Shown: piece after piece, positions 1 to 12,978 of the stretch
Numbering within the stretch: position 1 is the stretch's first letter
How the letters are laid out: every line of letters starts with the position of its first letter
Source of the DNA: Octopus sinensis
Taxonomy: Eukaryota
Assembly: GCF_006345805.1 (NCBI RefSeq)
Contig: NC_043005.1
Location: 109,182,001 to 109,246,000, forward strand
Length of the DNA: 64,000 nt
Reading direction: 5' to 3'
The notes under the pieces: generated by a model
Seen by the model: only the letters and a program-made list of their open reading frames with translations
What the model was told of the DNA's origin: nothing
The model's database searches: none
Program-made: the position numbers and the translations under genes

Positions 1-44
<44 letters not shown>

Positions 45-331
45 CATATATATATGTATATACATATATACATATATATTTATATACTTATATATAGACA
101 TGTATGTATACATATATACATATATATATACACACACATATATATATATACATATATATATATATTCATACATACATAAACACACAGACATAAATACGCA
201 TACATAAATACAGATATGCATTCACACATATATGTATGCACCTATGCACATGTATGTTTGTATGTACATATATCTTGTACAAAGTTCAGAGCATTCAATT
301 TTAAGTTAATAGAATGAATATATATTTCTAG

Positions 332-380
332 AAAAAAAGTGAAAGCTAAATTCCTTAATTCAGACAGTTTGTGCTTGCAG
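332..380 (+). CDS. Candidate 49-bp internal exon (KKVKAKFLNSDSLCLQ), unassigned
   Basis: tttctAG acceptor and CAG|gtaatt donor; only one open frame. No homology recognised. Confidence 0.22.
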
Positions 381-812
381 GTAATTTTCATACAAAATAT
401 TACTCCTTATCAGATACTCTGAACAACAATTTATGTTAAATTTCATATCTTAATAAAAAATATTTGAAGTCAAAAGTCTGTTTCTTATTAATTAATCAAG
501 TGTCAAAATCAGGTGACTGATGATTTTTGAAACCATGATAAAACCCAAATTTGAGACCTGTGACCACTTTTGTTCCAGCCATGAATATCACATGATATTT
601 TCAGAAAGTGTGTATCAAGAACTATATGAACAAATGTGATTTTCCTTGTAAGCAATTTTTATGTCTGTGTGATGACGGAGTTCTCATCTAGTCGCAAGAT
701 TTTGGTTTCAGTCACACTGAGTGACACCTTTGGGAAAGGGTTTCTGCTATAGTCTCAAGCCTTGTAAATGGATTTAGTCAATAGAAACTGAATATATATA
801 TATATATATATT

Positions 813-992
813 GGGAGAGTTCACGAAAAAACAAAAGACGAAGACAAGTGGTGTAGAAAACAAACAGATGTATTAGTATAACGCTCAGGAATAGAAAAAG
901 TCTTTTACATTTCGAGCCTATGCTCTTCTACAGAAAGGGACACAGAAAAAAAAACAAAGAGAAAAAAAATGTGTGTAGTGGCCTCCGATCTA
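813..992 (-). mobile_element. ~180-bp non-coding PLE-tail-like mini-element (family A) in (TA)n
   Basis: Similar copies at 10537, 12979 and 40496, all flanked by TA/TG microsatellite; contains a hammerhead-like fold. Confidence 0.65.
902..937 (-). ncRNA. Minimal type I hammerhead-like motif, variant core CUGUAGA-A
   Basis: CTTT-CTGTAGA-A-GAGC-ATAG-GCTC-GAAA-T-GTA-AAAG; stems I and II pair. C15.2 is T in this copy. Confidence 0.45.
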
Positions 993-1029
993 TCATATAT
1001 ATATATATATATGTGTGTGTATGCATGTG

Positions 1030-1315
1030 TGTGTGAGTGTGTGCATGCATGTATGTACATGTAATTTGTGTCTCCTTGTTTTGATATAATGTGACAATTG
1101 TAAATGAGTGCTATCGTCATACAAGTGGTGTTCTTTTTCTCCAATCTTCTATGAATACACATCCAGGCATGGGGAAATATTATCTTGTTAGAAAGCAAGT
1201 TAGGGTTGGTGACAAATTAAGACATATTATCTGTAGGTAATATCCTTTAATCCTTTGTCTATATATAAGTTTAAAGCAGGTGAGGAAATGATGGAGAGGA
1301 GGAAGAAGATAATCC
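1030..1315. repeat. ~280-bp segment duplicated in inverted orientation at 9195-9478
   Basis: Near-identical reverse-complement match; the ORF track gives the same peptide MCIHRRLEKKNTTC... at 905-1198(-) and 9345-9578(+). Confidence 0.85.
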
Positions 1316-2247
1316 TTAAATTCTAAAGCATTGTAATGTCAACTATAATATATGGCTGATAAGTACAAAGCTGTCTCACTAATTGACTTTGCGTTTGTAA
1401 CATCTCCTGCTTGGCTGCAGTTAGAAATCATTCAAATTATATAAATAAACAGACACAGATTGGACAACGGTCATTGCTAGAATACTTTTCATCATAGGTC
1501 TGCTGCATCAGGGCTGACCTGAGGTAAAACAGCAACAACAAAAGCAACTACAACATTCTCAATAAGAACAATATAGAAAGAGAGTGGATACTTGTTACTA
1601 TGTCAGCAAGATCAGAGCTGGCTGAAGGCTAAACAACAGACCAGACGGTTGTCACTGCTGGAATGCATTTGATCGTAGGTATGTTGAATCAGGATTGCTA
1701 TGTGAGCGAAGAGTAAGAACCACTACAACAATAACCATTGATGCAGTGCAACTCATTACATTGAACAATGCTAAAGTCAGACATTAATTTAAAGACAATA
1801 ATCCTTTCACCTTTTTCTCAAAATCCAATTAAAAGCTGGTCATTTATTAACAATAAATAAAATAGTCCATCAACGAACAAATACTAAATGTAAACTAAAC
1901 AAAAAAATCAAAAATTGCTACATGGTTGCTCATCAGATTAGAAATAATGATAGGAAAATTATAAAATAATAATAAGAAAATTACAAAATAATAATAATAG
2001 GCAAATTACAAAATAATAATAGAAATATTAAAATTACTAAGTCTCTCTAAAGGAGATTACGGCAGTGTTACTGGATATTAATGGTTATCGCCAAACTAAT
2101 ATGGCAGTCCATAAATATTAGACTAAAGATGTCACTGATTAGCTCCAAGAGGCCATCGCCTCTAGCTAGCTATATGACACACAAACCTGCATCCATTACA
2201 ACCTTCGAACAGGGGAGGTCAGCCGCTTCACCTTGCTGGTCAGACAT

Positions 2248-2288
2248 CTGCAGACATGTTTCAGGGTTGTTGCCCTTTATCAATGCAG
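2248..2288 (-). ncRNA. Minimal type I hammerhead, U3-A8 core variant (mirror copy)
   Basis: Reverse complement of the motif at 2414-2454. Confidence 0.6.
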
Positions 2289-2413
2289 CGTAGTCAGACC
2301 CAGCAGGTATCGCTACCAACCGTCTGTTTGAAGATTTTATTTACCTAGTTTCCGTGGAATACATCCACTTGTTTTCAATAATAGAAATATTAAAATTACT
2401 AAGTCTGACTACG

Positions 2414-2454
2414 CTGCATTGATAAAGGGCAACAACCCTGAAACATGTCTGCAG
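2414..2454 (+). ncRNA. Minimal type I hammerhead, U3-A8 core variant
   Basis: CTGCA-TTGATAA-AGGG-CAACAA-CCCT-GAAAC-AT-GTC-TGCAG: 5-bp stem I, 4-bp stem II, GUC triplet, palindromic ACATGT stem III. Confidence 0.65.
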
Positions 2455-2959
2455 ATGTCTGACCAGCAAGGTGAAGCGGCTGACCTCCCTTGTTCGAGGG
2501 TTGTAACGGATGCAGATTCATGTGTCATATAGCTAGCTAGAGGCGATGGCCTCTTGGGGCTAATCATCGACAGCTTTAGTCTTATATTTATGGACTGCCA
2601 TATTAGTTTGGCGATAACTATTAATATACAAAATAATAATAATAGGCAAATTAAAAATGATAATAATAGGCAAATTACAAAATAATAATGATAGGCAAAT
2701 TACAAAATAATAATAATAGACAAATTACAAAAGAAAGACACACTGAATAATGTGAATATATATTTGCATATAAATTAATTTAAATGTTGTGAAGGAATTT
2801 TTCAGGTTGTGATTATAAAAGTCATTTAGTGGAAATCTATTTAGTAAATGATGTGTTTTTGGTTAAAAGGGTAAGAAATGAAGTGAACTTGAGGTATGTA
2901 TATACACAAGATGCAGTTAGGATGAAAAAATTGTCTTGTAATAGTTTTCATTTTAACAT

Positions 2960-3408
2960 ATAAACAATAGTATACACTTTGCCTGTATTAATCAGATGAG
3001 TTGACAGAGAATATAATGAATATATCAAATAGGGTAACAAATTTCAGATCTTTTCTCCCAACAATTATTTATCTGTGCATATAATATTGTGTCCATGGTC
3101 TTTGCAAGTCCTGCAAGAGTAGCGAAATAGCTGAAGTTAATCTTGAGCAGTTTGCATGATGATTGCTTCAGGAAAAAATTTGAAAGGAGAAAATTCCAGA
3201 AGCCAGATATTTGTGTGTGTGTGTGTGTGTGTGTGTGACTGACTCCAAGAACTGAGGCCTCTATTGTAAAAGTAGATAAAGCAAACAAAATCACTTCGTC
3301 TGTGAGCCAGAGATGAGAATGAGTTGATGAGTGACTTGATGTTAATCACTCAAGTGACTTTTCTTTAGCAGTGATCCAGGATGTGTGTGTGTGTGTGTGT
3401 GTGTGTTT

Positions 3409-3487
<79 letters not shown>

Positions 3488-4000
3488 TTGTAGTAGTCAT
3501 CCCCCACCAGGTGTTGGATCACTATTCCATTGTGGATCTCACCTGAGCTTAATAGAGGGATAGTCCACAAGGAAAGCAGTACCCATGATCCGTTACAGGC
3601 CCTTAGACAAAGGTGGGAGAGAGGAAAACAGGTATACTCAAATGGAAAACCTGGTCTGAATGTTTGCAAGACGATGGTCTTTGGTAAAGGCGATATTAAA
3701 TTGGTTCAAGCATAGGAATGGGGCTCAACTATTTTCTGCCCTTGAAGGAAAGAGCAGTCTCTTTTTGATACACACTTTGCTATGTTTCAAATTGTTACAA
3801 TTTTCAAATACGTTACAATTGCCAAGTGGACTGTCAGTGATGTTGAAACATGGCATTTGTAACAAACTTGCAGCAACTGATGTCCTAGCTGCATGTTATT
3901 CATGTTCAGGCTTCGTATAATGATATGTCTTTGTGTTATTGAACAAGATAAGATTGGCATATCCCTTGTGGAATCTGTTTTTCTTATATCTTTGTGGTTT
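2960..4000 (-). mobile_element. Heavily decayed LINE fragment (RTE-like APE endonuclease end plus start of RT)
   Basis: Minus-strand remnants FVTNAMFQHH*QSTW and KDHRL (APE), then a frameshifted RTCKDH...EK...FI segment resembling RT domains 2-3. Confidence 0.4.
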
Positions 4001-4369
4001 TGATATAGACTATACTGTAACAGTGTTATAACATTACAAAAACGAAATTAGTAACAAACTTACATCTCTTCTTTTTGACTTCTACAACCACCTTCACAAA
4101 TCGACTGCACACACCACACTGTACCTCGCACTGTTAGTAAGAATGCGCTTTATAAGGTTTAGGACAGTTCACTTACTATCCCACGGTGGTGTCAGTATTT
4201 CGCTACTACAGTTTTCAAAGAACTCTGTTTATGAAGCTAATGCAAGTTTGGTGTCTCTTTTCAAGTCATGTAGAAGACATCTGGATGCAAAAGGTTAGAG
4301 ATGATTAAAGGATGAAATGAAGAATTAAAGGATGAATAGAGATGATTAAAGGATGAAATCATCTGTGTT

Positions 4370-4592
4370 GAAACAACACTTTTCTTCTATGTTCTGGTGC
4401 TGCATAAACACATCCATGCTGGTGGCATGTGAAAAGCACTCAGCACTCTCTGTAAAGTGGCTGGCATTAGGAAGAGCATCCAGCCATAGAAACCATGCCA
4501 CAACAGACAACTGGAGTATAGAAAGCTTCCTGGCTGGCTAGCTCCATGTCAAACTGTCCACTCCATACTAGCATTATGATGATGATGATGAT
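4370..4592 (+). mobile_element. RTE-tail SINE fragment with (GAT)n tail
   Basis: tggcattaggaagagcatccagc motif shared with 23265-23585 and 50815-51050; ends in gatgatgat. Confidence 0.6.
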
Positions 4593-4666
4593 GATTTATA
4601 TGTACACACACACACATGCAAATACACACATACAGACACACACACACACGTACATACACACACAGC

Positions 4667-4893
4667 GGCGAGCTGGCAGAAACGGTAGCACGTCAGGTGA
4701 AATGCTTAGCGATATTTCGTCTGCCGTTACGGTCTGAGTTCAAATTCCGCCGAGGTCGACTTTGCCTTTCATCCTTTCGAGGTTGATAAATAAAGTACCA
4801 GTTACGCACTGGAGTTGATGTAATCAACTTAATCTCTTTGTCTGTCTTTGTTTGTCCCTTCTATGTTTAGCCCCTTGTGGGTAGTAAAGAAAT
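4667..4893 (+). mobile_element. tRNA-derived SINE (family S-A, head ggcgagctggcagaaac)
   Basis: B-box-like gagttcaaattcc; multiple copies in the window. Confidence 0.85.
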
Positions 4894-4898
4894 ATATT

Positions 4899-5122
4899 AC
4901 TCTCTCTCTCTTTTACTCTTTTACTTGTTCCAGTCATTTGACTGCGACCATATTGGAGCACCGCCTTTAGTCGAGCAAATCGACCCCGGGACTTATTCTT
5001 TGTAAGCCCAGTACTTATTCTATCGGTCTCTCTTGCCAAACTGCTAAGTGTCGGGGACGCAAACACACCAGCATCGGTTGTCAAGCAATGCTAGAGGGAC
5101 AAACACAGACACACAAACACAT

Positions 5123-5165
<43 letters not shown>

Positions 5166-5329
5166 TACGACAGGCTTCTTTCAGTTTCCATCTACCAAAT
5201 CCACTCACAAGGTATTGGTCGGCCAGGGGCTATAGCAGAAGACACTTGCCCAAGATACCACGCAGTGGGACTGAACCTGGAACCATGTGGTTGGTTAGCA
5301 AGCTACTTACCACACAGCCACTCCTGCGC
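4899..5329 (-). mobile_element. ~420-bp OK-like SINE with internal microsatellite (family S-B)
   Basis: Head ggctgtgtggtaagtagc...gggttcagtccc, tail (aaagagta)n; near-identical to 21214 and 54259. Confidence 0.88.
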
Positions 5330-5581
5330 ATATGCATACACACACACCAGAAAACATGGTGCATTGTTACAATCAAGGTAATTTCTATTATTAGTTTCAA
5401 ATTTTGGCAAAAGGCCAGAAGTTTTAGGAAGGGTTAAATCAATTACATTGACCCCAGTGTTCCACTGGTACTTATCACATCGATCCTGAAATGATGAAAA
5501 GCAAAGTTGGGCTCAGCAGAATTTGAACTCAGAACACAAAGAAGGAAGAAATGCCACTGAATGTTTTGCCAGGCAAGTTAA

Positions 5582-5803
5582 CCCTTTCATTACCAACCCG
5601 GTCAAAACTGCCTCTGGCTCTGTAGTACAAATGTCTTGTTTTCTTAAGTTTTGAATTAAAATCTTCCACCAAACCTTAGTCACATTTCATGTTCCTAACA
5701 CTAGCTTAATGGTAACTAAGTTATTTTACTAAATTCTTCGTTATATTTAAAATTAATTGAAAGAAACACAGAGCATCTCAAAATAAATACAGTGACGAAA
5801 GGG
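5582..5803. mobile_element. piggyBac-type MITE (222 bp)
   Basis: TTAA on both sides; TIR CCCTTTCATTAC / GTGACGAAAGGG (10/12). Confidence 0.85.
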
Positions 5804-5899
5804 TTAACCCTGATTCAGCCAAACTTGCTGTCTTAGTTATTTCTATTATTGAGAGAGAAATATGCAAAGTCCGATCCACCTTTAACACTGCTCACACCT

Positions 5900-6265
5900 T
5901 GTAACAACCACAAACATCATCACAACAACCAGCAACACCGCCACCAACAACAACAACAATATAAGCATCAGAATTCACAACAGCAACAACAACAACAACA
6001 ACAACAGCAACAACAACTATTAATCTCACAACCACCAACACCACCGCTACTAGAGCAAAAAAAAAACATCTCTCTGTTACAAACTAAGTGAACATGTTTG
6101 TAGTAACGACACATCTCTACATCAGCATAATTGCAATTGAACCACTACTACTACTGCTACTACTACTACTACTACTACTACTACTAACTACTACTACTAC
6201 TACTACTACTACCACTACTACTACTACTACATCCACCCTAAATCTCAACAAATAACACCATCACC

Positions 6266-6297
<32 letters not shown>

Positions 6298-6380
6298 CAA
6301 CAACAACAACCATCGTCACTACAACAAATAACACTGGCAACCCACCACCTCACCCCAGCCACTACAACACCACTCAGTCC
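5900..6380. repeat. Compound trinucleotide microsatellites (CAA, CTA, CAC)
   Basis: Directly visible. Confidence 0.9.
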
Positions 6381-6524
6381 TACCAAAAAGCCTAAAATTA
6401 CAGACTAATAGGCCTTATTTACTATTTTTTACTTTCATTAATTTTTTTTTTCGCTTGTTTGTTTTTGTTTTGCTCTTCAGGGCGGAGAGGGGGCCATCTA
6501 GTTTACCTTTCACATTAGTTATAT

Positions 6525-6716
6525 ATATACATGTATGTAAATATATATATATATTAGTTATACATATACATGTGTGTATATGTATGTGTATATATATATA
6601 TATCATCATCATCATCATCATTGTCGTTTAATATATATGCATATATATGTGTGTATATATATATATATACATGTGTATATATATATATATGCATATATAT
6701 ATACGTGTGTGTATGC

Positions 6717-6759
<43 letters not shown>

Positions 6760-6956
6760 TATATATATACACACATATAACTTGTATGTGAGTATATATG
6801 TCTGGATATGTATGTATATGTATTTATATATCTATTTATCCATCTATACACACATATACATACACATGTATGTATGCGAGTATATATGTCAGTATGTGTA
6901 TGTATATATACCTATAAATCTATCCATTTACCTACCTATCTCTCTTTCTTTCTTTC

Positions 6957-7014
<58 letters not shown>

Positions 7015-7016
7015 AG

Positions 7017-7050
<34 letters not shown>

Positions 7051-7105
7051 ATATATACATATATTATATATATATATAAAACATATATATATATATATAT
7101 ATATG
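6525..7105. repeat. Compound (TA)/(TG)/(CT) microsatellite block
   Basis: Directly visible. Confidence 0.9.
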
Positions 7106-7576
7106 CATGCAGGTAAGTATATGAAACGTGTACATTCCTGGAAGCCCGCTGACAATTTCCCCACCCCCACCTCATTTACTTGTTAACTATATTGCTATTT
7201 GATTTGTGCGTTTGTTTATCTGTTTTACTGAGGTGGTTGTAGTGATGGCACAGGGTGCGGTGCTGACGGTGGTGATGTGTCTATGTTTTTGTTTTTGTTC
7301 TTTCCATGATATTTTTTATATACCTATGCGAATACTTGTATGTGTGTGTACCTGTACACATATACGTACACTTTCATATTTTTTATGTATTTTTATATAT
7401 ATAGTTTTTTGCATTTTTCCATATATTTATTTCATTTATTTATTCTCCCAGAATACAATACATACAATGCTAATTCTATTGAATTCTTCAGTAAAGTAAA
7501 ATAAGGCAGATGAAGAGTTGATTAAGAATGTTTTTTCTATAATGCATGTTGTTTGGAGAAAGTCCTTCCAGCATAC

Positions 7577-7666
7577 CTTTTCTTCAAAGTTGACTTGGAC
7601 AACAATGGAATCAAAACTACAAGTGCCAACCCCAAATTCTTTAATGATCATACCCTTCCTTAAATT
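7577..7666 (-). CDS. Candidate 90-bp exon (NLRKGMIIKEFGVGTCSFDSIVVQVNFEEK), unassigned
   Basis: Pyrimidine tract plus tttAG acceptor, AAG|gtatgc donor, single open frame. Confidence 0.33.
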
Positions 7667-8024
7667 CTAAATAGGTTCTCAAAGAGACAAGGAGAGAAGC
7701 ATGAATATTTGGCTTGTTCACCCTTAGGTCAACTAGGAAGAAATTTTTTCCATTTTCTATGCAAACTTATTATGAAATGAAGTTTTATTCTGGTTGTTTC
7801 CTTCTGTTGTTGATTTTCTTCCTACTTTGTTAAGTATTGTGGCCGTCAATTTATAGATATAGACGTAAGCACGGTGGAGGTGGCTTATTAATATGTGTTT
7901 TGTGTGTGGCAGTGCTTATACATGTGTGTAGGTGTTTATGCTGCATATACACTTATATATTGTACACATATGTATGTATGTATGTATGTATGTATCTGTA
8001 TCTTTCTGTATCACGTGACCACGT

Positions 8025-8311
8025 GATCATGTGACCGACCAGACCATCAGATGTTGTTACACATCGCTGGTCACAATGCGTTCGTGTTGTTTTAGCCTTC
8101 GAATGATGCCACCCCGCTGGCTAAGCAAGCAGGCCAACAGAAGAAAGAGTGGTGAAAGAGTACAGCAGGGATCACCACCCCCTGCCAGAGCCTCGTGGAG
8201 CTTTTAGGTGTTTTCGCTCAATAAACACTCACAACGCCCAGTCTGGGAATGGAAACCGCGATCCTGTGACCGCGAGTCCGCTGCCCTAACCACTAGGCCA
8301 TTGCGCCTCCA
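8025..8311 (-). mobile_element. tRNA(Arg)-like-head SINE (OR-like, family S-C)
   Basis: Head gtggaggcgcaatggcctagtggttagggcagcggactcgcg; copies at 12225 and 22005. Confidence 0.85.
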
Positions 8312-8574
8312 CATGGTATTATATATATATATATATATATAATATATATATATATGTATGTATATTTCATCATAATCATTTTAACGTCCAGTTTTCCTTG
8401 CTTGCATGGGTCAGTTGGAATTTGTTGAAGCAAATTTTCTGCAGGCTGATGCTCAACTGCCACCTATATCCATCCATGCAGGGTGACATTTCCTCGTGGC
8501 TGGATATGTTTCACAGTCAGTTTGAAATGAAAAACCCACTTGTTAGATGGTGAGACTCATTTACAACAATTGCA

Positions 8575-10330
8575 CAGGCATTTGTTTTTACCTTTAATTT
8601 TGAATTTTGGGGCTGATCCCTGTTTGATTAATTCCCATGTCCAACATCGAGGGTCTCCACACTTGGTTACTTGTATGGTTTCTTTCTCTGGTGCCTTGGT
8701 TAGAAGTCTCTTACTGTTTGGTGGTTGTCTTTGGCTGTTGATGATCTGTTGTTCCTTAAGTATTTGTTAGAGGACTGGTGTTGAATTGGTAGGAGGTGTT
8801 TGGCTGATTGTAGAATGTTGTGGGTCTTGGGATTGTGGGTGGTAACAAATGGAATATTTTAATACGTATTTTCTTGCTTATTCTTGAAATAACCTTAGCT
8901 TTAATTCTCGCTTGGTCTATTAGTTTGGAGGGGTATTTTTGTTTTTTAAGGAACAAGCTAAGTTCTGCAAGTCATTTTCCTTGTGTATTTGTGTCCAAAA
9001 CTATTGTGCATATTCATCTTTCCACATTAAAATGTATGTTTCCTTTTGTATGGGAAGGAAGGTAAGGTCTAAAGTCTAAATATTGGTGTGTGTCTGTGGT
9101 TTTATAATAGTGAACGGTTGTAATAATTACTTTTTCTTTGATTTTTAAAATATCTAGGAAAGCGAGTTCCCTTTCATTTATTTCCATAATGAATTCTTCC
9201 TCCTCTCCATCATTTCCTCACCTGCTTAAATCTGACCCATGCTTGCATGGGTCAGATTAAGGCATATTACCTACAGATAATATGCCTTAATTTGTCACCA
9301 ACCCTAACCTGCTTTCTAACAAGATAATATTTCCCCATGCCTGGATGTGTATTCATAGAAGATTGGAGAAAAAGAACACCACTTGTATGACGATAGCACT
9401 CATTTACAATTGTCACATTATATCAAAACAAGGAGACACAAATTACATGTACATACATGCATGCACACACTCACACATGAGTGCTGTTTATTTGTTTGAC
9501 AAATTTTCTAAGGTCCTCCTTACTTTTGTTCCAGAATATAAAACAGTCATCCAAGAATCTTTTCCAGTTTACAAATAAGGTTTTGGCCAAATGGAATGTT
9601 AGATAACGAACAGATTTTTTCTTCCAAATATTCCATTACCAGTGTTGCAAAAATGTTGGTGCTACTTTGGTTCTCATTGCAGCTCCAGATATTTGTTGGT
9701 AATATTGTTTGTCAAAGAAGTAGTTATTTTCGAGTGCTAGGTTTCGTCCTTCAAGTACGAACTCCTTGGAGAATATCTCTTGAACTTTTTGTGGGTGACC
9801 TTTTACGCAGAATTCTACTGCTTCTCGTTCTAATGTATGGGGAATATTAGTGTAGAGAATAACTACATCAAAAGCTGACTTAGTTTCTTTGTTTGCACTT
9901 TTTGGAATTTGGTTTAGGAAGTCCATATCATCTTTAATAAAATGTGGGACCAATTTATATAGGGTTTTAGAATCATGTCAAGCAAGTTGCTTAATGTTTG
10001 GGTGCTTGATACTGGTTCTGCTACAATGTGTCTTAATTTAAGATCAGGTGGTCTTGGAAGCTTTATGTATGGTGTCTGGATGTCCGTCAAATTCTCAATT
10101 TCTTTAGAATTGTGGATTTTGGGAAGTCTCTAGAAGTTACTAGTTTTACTTCAAATTTATTAGGGTAATTTAACTCTTTTTTTGTAAACTCATTTCTATA
10201 TGTGTTTGGAAGTTTACTAATCTTATGCAATGTATACCTTTCCAGATTATGTTCTAATTTTTTTTTGAGAAATGCTGGTCATTTAGATTTTACTCTTTAA
10301 AAAAATTTTTCTTAATCTTAACTCTTGAAA
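8575..10330 (-). mobile_element. Decayed Penelope-like retroelement ORF (RT and linker toward GIY-YIG), interrupted at 9195-9478
   Basis: LPKIH, LKLRHIVA, AFDVVILYTNIP (S-FDV-SLYTNIP), QISGAAMRTKVAP (Q-G-AMG-AP), YKTTDTHQYL; many stops and frameshifts. Confidence 0.88.
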
Positions 10331-10429
10331 AAAATCTATCTAAATATCATAAATGTATGAAGTAATTTCCTAAATACTCTGAATATCTATCTATCATCTA
10401 TCTATCTATCTATCTATCTTCTATCTATA

Positions 10430-10460
<31 letters not shown>

Positions 10461-10536
10461 ATCTATATATATATAATAATATATCTATATATATATATAA
10501 TATATATATATATTATATATATATATATATACAGTG

Positions 10537-10688
10537 AGAGAATCACGAAAAACCAAAAGACAGGTGGTGTAGAAAACAAACATATGTATTAGTATAACGC
10601 TCGGAAATTGAAAAAGTCTTTAATGTTTCGAGCCTATGCTTTTCACAGAAAGGAACACACAAAGAAACAAGGAGAGAAAAAAATTATT

Positions 10689-10690
<2 letters not shown>
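10537..10690 (-). mobile_element. Family A mini-element copy
   Basis: Homologous to 813-992; core reads CTGTGAAA. Confidence 0.65.
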
Positions 10691-10726
<36 letters not shown>

Positions 10727-10734
10727 GGTATATT

Positions 10735-11165
10735 CTTTTATTCTTTGACTTCAGTCATTTAAATGCAGCCATGGTGGAGCACCATTAAAGAGGATTCTTC
10801 ATGTTTTGATCGAACAGGACTTGTTTTTCGTAAGTCTTGTACTTATTCTATCAGTTTATTTTGCTGAACTGCAAAGTTACAGCAATATAAATACACCTCC
10901 ATCAGTTGTCAAGCAATGGTTGTGGGGGACAAACACAGACATACACACGTAAATAAACACACACACATGCACACATACAAACACACAAACATATATTTGT
11001 ATATGTATATACATACAACAAGCTTCTTTCAGTTTTCATCTACCAAATCCACTTACAACACTTTGGGGGTCAGCACAAGGCTACAGTAGAAATTTGCTCA
11101 TAGAGCCATGCAGTGAGACTGAGCCCAAAATCAAGCAAGCTTCTTGTGCCACAGCTACACCTGTG
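10735..11165 (-). mobile_element. Diverged OK-like SINE (S-B)
   Basis: Collinear with 4899-5329. Confidence 0.75.
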
Positions 11166-12224
11166 ACTATACCCGTATATATATGTAATACTTACAACAT
11201 TTAATAAAATTATGTAGTACGAAACGATCGTACCAAATTACCGGGGTCGTTCTTGTTGCTTATTTTGATTATAATCACCCCACGGATTTTTATGGAGAAT
11301 ACCATACAAAATTCTGGTGCATCTAACTTAAGTACCATATTCATTTGAATCTAAAGTTTTGCTGTACACAACACACCAATATATATATATATATATATTA
11401 TATATATAATATATATGTATAGTCATGCTGAGCATATATATATGTGTGTGTGTATTAATACACACATACATATATATATGCTCCAGCATGACTGGAGCTG
11501 CATGGCATGGGTTAAACGAGTAAAAGAATAAAAGAATATACATATATATATATATATATATAGATATATATACATATATATCCACATATATACAATATAT
11601 ATATAATATTAATAGTGACTGTTTATTTTGAAGTTTTGCCATTAATACTGGTTTCTCAAAGTAGTTTTAATGGTGGAACTTCAAAGGAAACAGTCACCAC
11701 TAATATAAAATATTATTTCGAATCTATGAACAGTATTTGAGTCCTTCATTCAGTGCATGTTTATTGTATCATTTACATAAAAACTATTAAAACAACCCAG
11801 TTTATAGATTACAATAAGAGAAGTTTATAAGCTATGTATATGAAGCTGGAATTATAGACTGTAATGAACCAAATTTTTTTGGGGGGGATAGAATAAATGA
11901 GGTTCGTAGAGTACAGTAACCCAAGAGTGTAGGGTAGAATATGTTGGGTTTATGAAGAACAATAAGCTAAGATCATAAGACATTTAGAATAAGTAAAGGA
12001 TACAATAAGAAACGATGGCAGTACACAATAAGCTAACCAAGTTTGTCTTCTGTCACCAACATTATTAATTTTGTCCACCAAGGTAAAAAAAATGTGTGCC
12101 AATTAAGAGGACCACTGTTTATGCATAATTAATGGAACATCAGAATCTCCTTAAGAAATTTAATTATTTGGCTCAGTTTCATAAGTTTTGCATATCAATA
12201 TATATTTTTATGTATATATATCAT

Positions 12225-12510
12225 GTGATGTGGTCGACCAGACCATCAGATGTTGCTACAGATCACTGGTCACAATGCGTTCACGTTGTTTTAGCCTTCG
12301 AATGACACCACCCCGCTGGCTAAGCAAGCAGGCCAACAGAAGAAAGAGTGGTGAACGAGTACAGCAGGGATCACCACCCCCTGCCGGAGCCTCATGGAGC
12401 TTTTAGGTGTTTATGCTCAATAAACACTCACAACGCCCAGTCTGGGAATCGAAACCGCGTTCATATGACTGCGAGTCCGCTGCCCTAACCACTGGGCCAT
12501 TGCACCTCCT
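12225..12510 (-). mobile_element. OR-like SINE (S-C)
   Basis: Collinear with 8025-8311. Confidence 0.85.
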
Positions 12511-12978
12511 TGTGTATATATATATTTACTTTAATCTCAAAATGCATATATGATTAATCCTGATCGTGTTGATTCATTGTTTTTCTCTTTGCCTTCATAA
12601 AAAGTATGTTTACCATCATGGAGATTCTTATAGTAGTAGAAAAGGAATTTTTAACTACTTTTGCTAATTTCAGTATGTGGTGAAGCAGTTAGCTGAACCC
12701 TAATTGTAATTATGTGGATAATTTTACCTATAAAGGTTATTTTAATGTACCGATCTACTTGGTAAAATTTTTAATAAATAAATTAATTAATTAACAATTA
12801 ATAAATTTTACCCTTCTATTATTAATATATATATATATATATATTTATATATGTATGTATGTATGTATCTACATATATATTTATATATACATATATATGT
12901 ATACATATATATATGTATTATATATATATATATACAAACACACAAGTATGTATAAATATATATACATATATATATGTA

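Larger units (their letters stand above)
2016..2627. mobile_element. Fold-back PLE pseudo-LTR-like element: arms 2075-2299 / 2403-2627, ~362-bp terminally redundant monomer
   Basis: ~225-bp inverted arms; direct repeat aataatagaaatattaaaattactaagtct with period 362; same family at 45804-46106. Confidence 0.75.

Noticed and set aside
5849-6091. PolyQ/H ORF
   Set aside because: Lies in a (CAA)n tract with no splice or domain support.
11205-11250. GAAAC-GATC-GTA motif resembling a hammerhead 3' half
   Set aside because: No CUGANGA-like core and no stem I partner upstream.
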